From the NCBI GenBank assembly GCA_048128005.1, contig JBEUKZ010000096.1, positions 62,001 to 126,000 of the forward strand: a stretch of DNA of 64,000 nucleotides. The letters run 5' to 3'. Positions 60,201 through 64,000 of this stretch are shown one piece after another. This stretch comes from Veleropilina oligotropha (taxonomy: Eukaryota). Both the position numbers and the translations under genes were made by a program. Each line of letters opens with the position of its first letter. Position 1 is the first letter of the stretch. The notes beneath the pieces were generated by a model, which was not told the DNA's origin, made no database searches, and was given only the letters and a program-made list of their open reading frames with translations.

Positions 60201-62304
60201 AAGAGAGGATACGCGACCAAGGCAAGATAATTCTTGTTCAAGTTATGAATTACAGTTGTCCGTAACTGGTCCGAGAGGGTGGGTTTTCCCGGTCGACCGG
60301 GCTTTCCTCCCATGATAATATGGACATGTCCTGCTTTTAATTTAGTGGCTGGAAAAATACAGGACATTAAACATTGATCCTTGCCTTTCCTTTTTTGCCA
60401 CATTCAAGATGGCTTCTGTGGGAGCGGATACAGTCCCATGAACATTGCTACCCGGTAGTGTTGTCGATATGACCATGGCTCCCTATATATACTCACTGGA
60501 CTGTTCTGATTAATATACACTGTAGCCTCGGTATAACGCGCCTCGATATACCGCGATATCGGTTATAACGCGAGGCAGATCATGGCTCCCAAAATTTTAT
60601 ACCATATATACCTACTTTCTATAAAATGAGTCGGTTTCATGATAATTTTAGCAAATTAAGGAACCATTTTACAAATTGCAAAATGAAATCGATACTTTTA
60701 TTAAAATTAAAATCTACCTTGATTCATCTTGATTGTAAATGATTCTTTTAAGTTTATTCATACATCATTGTCTTGTTAACTTAATCCCTTTACACACGGA
60801 AACAATGGAAAGTAAGTTTGTTGACTCTGAAACATGGCCGACGGCTTGGGTCTACGGTCGCTTAGGACAATGACAAATTTACTTGCTAACATTAAATCTG
60901 TACATGTACTAATAAATATTTTATTACACTTGTTGTTTTGTAAACAAATATGAAATAAACATTGATGTTTTAAGCGTTGTATGATCAAGTTCCTTTTATG
61001 GATATGATTTACGATTAGTAAATCAAATGAATGAATGATATCACGTGATTGAAAATTTCGCGGGTGTACGGTCGCTTAGAACAAAGACAAACTGTTAACG
61101 ATTAGTAAATCACATTACTGAATGATATGACGTGATGGAAAATTTATTGTATTCCCGTTGTAAATGACATCTACATGTATATTAATTACAAATATCATTA
61201 CATTATTTTAATTTCGCTTATTTTTTAAATGCAATGCCCTCCGCATTTTACATATTTGTCGGCAGCTCATTTATAACGCAACGACCTCTGAACTCCATGG
61301 ATAAACAAAACAACACCCCAAAGATTTCACACGCACGTGATATTCCTAGTCACAGAAGAGCGAGCGGCTATTGATCAGTGCAAAACAAAAGAAACGATTA
61401 AATGCACTTGCAGCTTAATTGGGTTACTATGAACATGAACTACATTTCACCACCGTATAATACGCTATGAACACAACAGACAACAAAGCTTTTATTGCAG
61501 ATTTAAATTAAAACACATGTTGAAACAATCAGAGTTACATTTATAAAATTTCCCCGTCAGACAGGTAAATATATATAAACTATATATATATATATATATA
61601 ACATTTCAAAATAGCTATAATAAATGTTATATTTCCTGCATTCATCATTTTATTTATTTTCCTCTCATATACACATTACAATGACATTAGCATATTCATG
61701 ACAGCTTTTCAATAGACAATATTCGTATACCGCGGATCGGTTATAACGCGGTGCGTGGCCACTTGGACCCCAATACCCGCGTTATACCGAGGCTACAGTG
61801 TACTAGCTTGTCTGGCAATGAATCGTATTTTGGAATTCTGTAGGACGTAGAGTTCAAGAATCAACTTCAACTTTGATATTAAATATTTAAGTTCAAGTTC
61901 AAATTCAATATCTGTTCGTTTTGCGACTCTGCACTTTGGCTAATTTAATAATTATTTTATTGTCTAATTGCATGCAACTCATTAATTATCATATTATCCC
62001 TATTTCTATCTCAGACACAGAAACATGCCGTCCCAAATCAGTTATACCAGATTTGGCAAAGAAGCCGTCAGTAAACAAGGAACCAGAGACAGTTCAACCT
62101 CGAAGCCCCACGGATAACAATCATGTGAACAATGGAGACTCTTCATCCTCATTGGCTCGGGAGATCAATGCAGACACACAGCTGCCATCTGATGGGGGCT
62201 CTGACAATGAAGGGGAGACAAGCGACTTTTCCTCTGGAGATGAATTGGAATCTGGACCCCATGTGGGTGCTCCAGTTTCGGATATACAAGAAGTTTATTT
62301 GTAG
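9084..62304 (+). CDS. CARMIL: CARMIL / LRRC16-family F-actin-uncapping protein (multi-exon, 5'-partial; 27 exons listed separately)
   Basis: All exons have AG/GT boundaries and compatible phases. The translation matches recalled CARMIL1 blocks: LAQP..ITHLN.S..DCSLDM, SLADS.LK......[40 protein letters not shown] motif [14 protein letters not shown]. Ends ...IQEVYL*. Confidence 0.95.
9625..9702 (+). CDS. CARMIL: CARMIL exon: [26 protein letters not shown]
   Basis: ttcag| ... |gtaagt; 78 nt; phase 0 to 0. Confidence 0.93.
9792..10307. mobile_element. PIF/Harbinger-like MITE
   Basis: G(A/G)GTGCGTTGTAAA TIR, TAG TSD. Confidence 0.7.
10900..11084 (+). CDS. CARMIL: CARMIL exon: [24 protein letters not shown]...[17 protein letters not shown]
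   Basis: tttcag| ... |gtatgt; phase 0 to 2. Confidence 0.93.
12094..12245 (+). CDS. CARMIL: CARMIL exon: [25 protein letters not shown]...[10 protein letters not shown]
   Basis: ccacag| ... |gtaagc; phase 2 to 1. Confidence 0.93.
12543..13424. mobile_element. Nested hAT-like MITE
   Basis: TIR CAGGCCTTGAAA / TTTCAAGGCCTG, subterminal TGCGTAACC repeats, TSD GGAAAA. Confidence 0.8.
14300..14494. mobile_element. Small MITE family (second copy ~59440-59655)
   Basis: GGGGCACTT.CAGTTTA...TAAACTGCAA; shared internal GCTAACCCTGCTT...TACACTGACCCTAATGCCCAT. Confidence 0.6.
15605..16073 (+). repeat. 51-bp minisatellite (about 9 units) derived from a CARMIL exon end plus splice donor
   Basis: Unit GGTAAGGTATCCATGGTAACAGACATTCCCAGCCTGGACATCAGCAATAAC. 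Confidence 0.93.
16176..16400 (+). mobile_element. Second tRNA-derived SINE family, diverged (another copy ~55480-55640)
   Basis: A/B-box-like head; shared block TCAGATCGGA.TGA.ACCTTAAACC.GGTGTCC resembling the Deu/Nin SINE domain. Confidence 0.55.
17078..17177 (+). CDS. CARMIL: CARMIL exon: [33 protein letters not shown]
   Basis: tttcag| ... |gtaagt; phase 1 to 2. Confidence 0.9.
17373..17597 (+). mobile_element. tRNA-derived SINE family 1, internally deleted copy
   Basis: Same head and tail; TSD CTCAG(C/T)GCCACC. Confidence 0.87.
17741..17795 (+). CDS. CARMIL: CARMIL exon: [18 protein letters not shown]
   Basis: ttttcag| ... |gtaagt; phase 2 to 0. Confidence 0.9.
18421..18953. mobile_element. 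Zator-like MITE
   Basis: ~28-bp TIR ending ...ATTTTATTTGGCC, TAA TSD, CCTACC/CCGACC subterminal motifs. Confidence 0.72.
19119..19222 (+). CDS. CARMIL: CARMIL exon: [35 protein letters not shown]
   Basis: tttcag| ... |gtaaat; phase 0 to 2. Confidence 0.94.
19320..20668. repeat. Two copies (19320-19762, 20141-20668) of a repeat ending in a long palindrome; third copy ~58420-58894
   Basis: High identity between copies; ~125-bp hairpin centred on CTCGCCAAGGCTCG, ending GATATCCTCTATA. Confidence 0.75.
21431..21574. repeat. 36-bp tandem repeat x4 with an internal hairpin
   Basis: TCATTCAGACGGGGGTGTCTGAACGATTGTATATAA. Confidence 0.9.
21978..25502 (+). mobile_element. Helentron-associated (HINE-like) element with nested HINE, ~150-bp satellite array and SINE
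   Basis: 5' subterminal palindrome GGCTCGCAT..ATGCGAGCC, (GTCC)n microsatellite, 3' CATGCGAGCC, short hairpin and CTAGTT end. Confidence 0.6.
23846..24110 (+). mobile_element. tRNA-derived SINE family 1, full copy
   Basis: A box GGTAGCGCAGTGG, B box GGGATCGACCCC, GGTTTCCTCCC core, (CCT)n tail, TSD TGTTCTACAG. Confidence 0.9.
26323..26460 (+). CDS. CARMIL: CARMIL exon: [46 protein letters not shown]
   Basis: tttcag| ... |gtatgt; phase 2 to 2. Confidence 0.94.
26854..27182. mobile_element. Zator-like MITE
   Basis: GGCCAAAAAAAAAA / TTTTTTTTTTGGCC, TAA TSD, CCTACC motifs. Confidence 0.72.
27361..27403 (-). ncRNA. Minimal type I hammerhead ribozyme (Penelope-type)
   Basis: Minus strand reads CCCU CUGAUGA A GACCA-UUAAUGU-UGGUC GAAAC CG GUC/AGGG: intact core, stems I and II, palindromic ACCGGU stem III, GUC cleavage triplet. 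Confidence 0.85.
27703..27796 (+). CDS. CARMIL: CARMIL exon: [31 protein letters not shown]
   Basis: cttcag| ... |gtgagc; phase 2 to 0. Confidence 0.93.
28231..28329 (+). CDS. CARMIL: CARMIL exon: [33 protein letters not shown]
   Basis: ttttcag| ... |gtacat; phase 0 to 0. Confidence 0.92.
29225..29353 (+). CDS. CARMIL: CARMIL exon (helical domain): [16 protein letters not shown]...VVDAENSRQ
   Basis: gctcag| ... |gtcagt; phase 0 to 0. Confidence 0.92.
29379..29640 (+). mobile_element. tRNA-derived SINE family 1, full copy
   Basis: Nearly identical to 23846-24110; TSD TCATGGTG. Confidence 0.9.
29827..29943 (+). CDS. CARMIL: CARMIL exon: [39 protein letters not shown]
   Basis: ttgtag| ... 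|gtaggg; phase 0 to 0. Confidence 0.9.
30306..30368 (+). CDS. CARMIL: CARMIL exon: [21 protein letters not shown]
   Basis: cttcag| ... |gtgagt; phase 0 to 0. Confidence 0.9.
30633..30742 (+). CDS. CARMIL: CARMIL exon: [37 protein letters not shown]
   Basis: ttccag| ... |gtagct; phase 0 to 2. Confidence 0.9.
30757..31019 (-). mobile_element. tRNA-derived SINE family 1, reverse copy
   Basis: Reverse complement of the family sequence; TSD CTCATTACGA. Confidence 0.88.
31261..31818. mobile_element. PIF/Harbinger-like MITE
   Basis: GGCCCG(G/C)TTTCCATGTA(C/T)GCGGAAA TIR, TAA TSD. Confidence 0.82.
31865..34418 (+). mobile_element. CR1-clade LINE, ORF2 remnant (APE endonuclease fragment + RT), disrupted
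   Basis: EN motifs ([15 protein letters not shown]); [47 protein letters not shown]1-type C-terminus RGH..K...FFSNRVV..WNSLP; short (ATCTATTTAA)-like tail. Internal deletion, stop at 33809-33811, frameshift ~34070. Confidence 0.92.
33345..33421. mobile_element. 77-bp palindromic MITE, Ginger-like (TGT...ACA ends, CCGG TSD), inside the CR1 RT
   Basis: CCGG at 33341-33344 and 33422-33425; removing it restores [11 protein letters not shown]. Confidence 0.85.
34527..34614 (+). CDS. CARMIL: CARMIL exon: [29 protein letters not shown]
   Basis: tttcag| ... |gtacta; phase 2 to 0. Confidence 0.9.
34955..35095 (+). CDS. CARMIL: CARMIL exon: [16 protein letters not shown]...EADDATIPK
   Basis: ttttcag| ... 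|gtaagg; phase 0 to 0. Confidence 0.85.
35110..35410. repeat. Degenerate ~55-60-bp tandem repeat
   Basis: Recurring ATTCAAACAAGTG.C.TGTGGCT.AATAACA. Confidence 0.7.
35455..36367. mobile_element. hAT-like MITE
   Basis: CAGGCCTCGAAATT / AATTTCAACCCCTG, subterminal GACCGGCA repeats, TSD ACCTT. Confidence 0.72.
38114..41450 (+). pseudogene. Disrupted gag/pol/YR ORFs of DIRS copy B
   Basis: Homologous to copy A. Frameshift ~39532, TAA 39730-39732 in RNase H, indels ~40590, ~40855, ~40940, ~41300 and TGA 41206-41208 in YR. Confidence 0.9.
42246..42335 (+). other. ICR of DIRS copy B
   Basis: Complementary to the left end (37156-37195) and to the right extension ending at 42632. Confidence 0.92.
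43203..43253 (+). CDS. CARMIL: Candidate 51-nt CARMIL cassette exon: [17 protein letters not shown]
   Basis: ttctgtag| ... |gtgagt; symmetric phase 0 to 0, open frame; no homology support. Confidence 0.55.
43815..44190. mobile_element. PIF/Harbinger-like MITE
   Basis: AGGCCACCGCACACGTCCGA TIR, TTA TSD. Confidence 0.82.
44321..44390 (+). CDS. CARMIL: CARMIL exon: [23 protein letters not shown]
   Basis: ttgtag| ... |gtaagt; phase 0 to 1; basic R-x-R-P-x-S motif seen before the CPI in CARMILs. Confidence 0.85.
44741..46525 (+). mobile_element. HINE-like element with (GGCG)n and ~444-bp internal tandem repeats (about 3.5 units)
   Basis: AACCCCAGC..GCTGGGGTT palindrome at the 5' end; GCTGGGGTT plus hairpin GATAGCCG-CGGCTGTC at the 3' end; unit starts ~44817, 45261, 45704, 46149. 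Confidence 0.72.
47077..47999 (+). mobile_element. HINE-like element, same family, about 6 satellite units of ~150 bp
   Basis: 5' hairpin TATCCCCGAAAT..ATTTCGGGGATA; units ...GATTTGATTCAAATTTGGTATG...CAAGATGGC...; end GGATTCGCTAGTT. Confidence 0.72.
48921..48959 (+). CDS. CARMIL: CARMIL exon: [13 protein letters not shown]
   Basis: ttcttgcag| ... |gtaaga; 39 nt; phase 1 to 1. Confidence 0.75.
50535..51390 (+). mobile_element. HINE-like element (same head as ~23201; related heads ~246 and ~49658)
   Basis: TTTTTATGCCCGCGCCGAAGGCCGAAGGGCATA head; internal ~190-bp repeats. Confidence 0.55.
51762..51990 (+). CDS. CARMIL: CARMIL exon containing the capping-protein interaction (CPI) motif [20 protein letters not shown]
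   Basis: ttgtag| ... |gtaggt; phase 1 to 2; matches LxHxTxxRPK-x-P CPI consensus. Confidence 0.93.
52149..52335. repeat. ~83-bp tandem duplication
   Basis: CAGAATCACAGAGGTTAGTGTATAG...GGACATGTTGGCTCATGATGA repeated. Confidence 0.8.
52639..52707 (+). CDS. CARMIL: CARMIL exon (Lys-rich): [23 protein letters not shown]
   Basis: ttttcag| ... |gtacta; phase 2 to 2. Confidence 0.82.
53697..53938 (+). CDS. CARMIL: CARMIL exon: [18 protein letters not shown]...VKPVHN
   Basis: tttcag| ... |gtagga; phase 2 to 1; basic/hydrophobic patch consistent with the membrane-binding region. Confidence 0.85.
54457..54596 (+). CDS. CARMIL: CARMIL exon: ...[22 protein letters not shown]
   Basis: gtacag| ... |gtaaca; phase 1 to 0; resembles the CARMIL LLAEMKAKQ-type motif. 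Confidence 0.87.
55264..55432 (+). CDS. CARMIL: CARMIL exon (Pro-rich): MEKETNNN...[12 protein letters not shown]...
   Basis: ttaccag| ... |gtaaga; phase 0 to 1. Confidence 0.85.
56399..56551 (+). CDS. CARMIL: CARMIL exon (Pro-rich, PxxPxK SH3-ligand-like): [25 protein letters not shown]
   Basis: tttgtag| ... |gtatgt; phase 1 to 1. Confidence 0.85.
56725..56900 (+). mobile_element. SINE family 1, truncated/diverged copy (further fragments ~49980-50170 minus, ~60230-60380 plus)
   Basis: TCACTGGCTTGATTCCGCT...CACACATTTGTTCAAGTTATGAATCACAGTTGTC shared with the family. Confidence 0.75.
57639..58079 (+). CDS. CARMIL: CARMIL exon with an internal 21-nt coding repeat (KRDSxxx)
   Basis: tttcag| ... 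|gtgagg; phase 1 to 1; 441 nt open frame. Confidence 0.82.
58895..60181. mobile_element. Long-TIR non-autonomous element with TGT...ACA ends (Ginger-like)
   Basis: More than 100 bp of imperfect inverted repeats starting TGTTACC; flanks TAGA/TATA. Confidence 0.6.
60518..61800. mobile_element. Tc1/mariner (pogo/Tigger-like) non-autonomous element
   Basis: Perfect 23-bp TIR CACTGTAGCCTCGGTATAACGCG, TA TSD. Confidence 0.88.
62015..62304 (+). CDS. CARMIL: CARMIL last coding exon: TETCRPKSV...SDIQEVYL*
   Basis: tctcag| phase 1; stop TAG 62302-62304; hydrophobic C-terminus (EVYL) resembling a PDZ-ligand tail. Confidence 0.85.
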
Positions 62305-63199
62305 TTTGAATGCACTGTTGTATATTGTATCAAGGATTTTAGGCAGAATCATTAATTTTATGCAACATTATGGCCCAGGATGGTCTCTGTTACTCATTCA
62401 TACATATATATTATTATAATATGTAATATACTGCTCACATTGTCGAATAATAGATATCACACTTGTCGAATAATAGATGTCACCCTTGCCAGTTACAATA
62501 TTGTAGTGTAAGTCTGGTATCCCAGAATGACATGACATATTGTAAATGATGCACAGAGGTAATTTCACACGTATTTGTGCATATATATGCGCATACTTAT
62601 AATACCGTTATATCTATAAATATTTCAGAGATACTTATATATAATATATCATATTTTCTACTTGTCTTGTTACTTTGTCTTCCATTATTATAATGGTTAT
62701 TTTGTTAACATTGTGATGCTGTTATTGAAACATTAACAATGTCATTATCTACCGTTTATAAGCTGTCATATAATGTCTATATTCCAGATGTTGACGTCAA
62801 TGGATTTACTATGTTACAGTCGCTGTTAAGCTTATGCCAAAATGTTGATTAATAATCAGGATTATCTTGCTTTATTAACAAAATTATATTAATATTACAA
62901 GGATTATAACTTAATTTACAACAGAAATTTGACTGCCTAGTGGCTGAATTAGTTGCTTATTGTACACTCGTACAGTTCTAGACCGGTCGAAGACAGTTTA
63001 GAGGTAATATTGATAGGTTTGTAACTGGAATGATTTGTGCGTTTCACCGAATATAACATTACTAGGCGTTACCTGAGTCAGCAACACCAATTCTTTCTAT
63101 TAATTTAAACCAATAGTCATTCTATCGTGTAATTTCTTTCTTTGTTATTTGAATTGAAGTTGGAGAAAATGTTGTTCATGGTCCCAAAGATTGATATTT

Positions 63200-64000
63200 G
63201 AAAAAGATTTCACTTACTTTTGGGACGTATAGTTGAAACATATCCGACATTTCGGCAACTCAACTAGTAGCCTTGGTCACGTGATGACTCAGTGACGCTC
63301 GGCCGCAAGGCCATTGATGTTATCAAGGAGAAGCTTCAACAGGATACCACACTCCAGAACCGGTGTGAGCTACAGGTGGACCCGATCATCACCCTGTTGT
63401 CTCTGTGCCTCAACACTACCTACTTCGTGTATGATGGGAGATTTTACCAGCAAACCCAAGGTGCTGCCATGGGAGACATTGTTGCCAACATGTACATGGA
63501 GAATTTCGAAGCCCTGGCCCTGTCAACTGCCCCAGACCCTCCTTTGCTTTGGCTTAGATACGTAGACGACACAGATACGTAGACGACACCTTGTGAAGAT
63601 CCATGAGTATGCGGTTGACAACTTCACGCAACACATAAACTCGATCGACCACAACATTCAATTCAGACCGGTGTATACATACAACGGTGGTACTATGATC
63701 ACGGTGTACCAGAAACCGACATGCACAGACCAGTACCTGATCTTCGCCTCACACCACCCTCTTCAACACAAACGGTCCGCCGTCAGAACTCTCATGTCCC
63801 GAGCCAATGAGTACATCACTACACCAGAGGACAAATTAGAGGAGATTCACCATGTCCATCAAGCTCTCAAGGCCAATGGGTATAGTGAATGGTCGCTAAA
63901 GTTGCCACCTCCAAAATAGAAACCCACAACAAAGTTTGTGCCTAACAACAACAGGCCCAACGGACCATCAATTGGAATCCCATATGTCAAAGGACTCTCA
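63200..64000 (+). mobile_element. Penelope-like retroelement, 5'-truncated RT remnant running off the window
   Basis: CLNTTYFVYDGRFYQQTQGAAMG, ANMYME.FE, WLRYVDDT, VYQKPT.TDQYL.F.SHHP..HK, ALKANGY, IPYV.GLS. Duplication/frameshift ~63558-63590 and a stop at 63917-63919. Confidence 0.9.

Overview
Eukaryotic, AT-rich animal genomic DNA. A lophotrochozoan-type invertebrate is inferred from the repeat landscape only. The + strand carries the middle and 3' part of a CARMIL/LRRC16 (capping protein regulator and myosin 1 linker) gene: 27 frame-consistent GT-AG exons from 9084 to the stop at 62302-62304, covering LRRs, the helical domain, the CPI motif and a Pro-rich tail. The 5' exons lie upstream of the window. 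The introns hold two related DIRS1-like tyrosine-recombinase retrotransposons (1513-9045 near-intact; 37156-42632 deleted and decayed), a CR1-type LINE, tRNA-derived SINEs, many MITEs, Helentron-like satellite-bearing elements and an antisense hammerhead ribozyme. A truncated Penelope-like element lies after the stop codon. Comparing the two DIRS copies gives the most interesting signals. (i) A conserved CCC-UAG-GG site at the end of gag, followed by an RNA structure; the tyrosine-recombinase frame continues in frame 0 and the AUG-less pol frame in +1, suggesting a three-way recoding switch. (ii) Covarying RNA structures in the 5' leader and 3' region, including a multi-stem junction with a potential pseudoknot. 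A minisatellite built from a CARMIL exon/donor junction is also present. All alignments and folds were done by eye.
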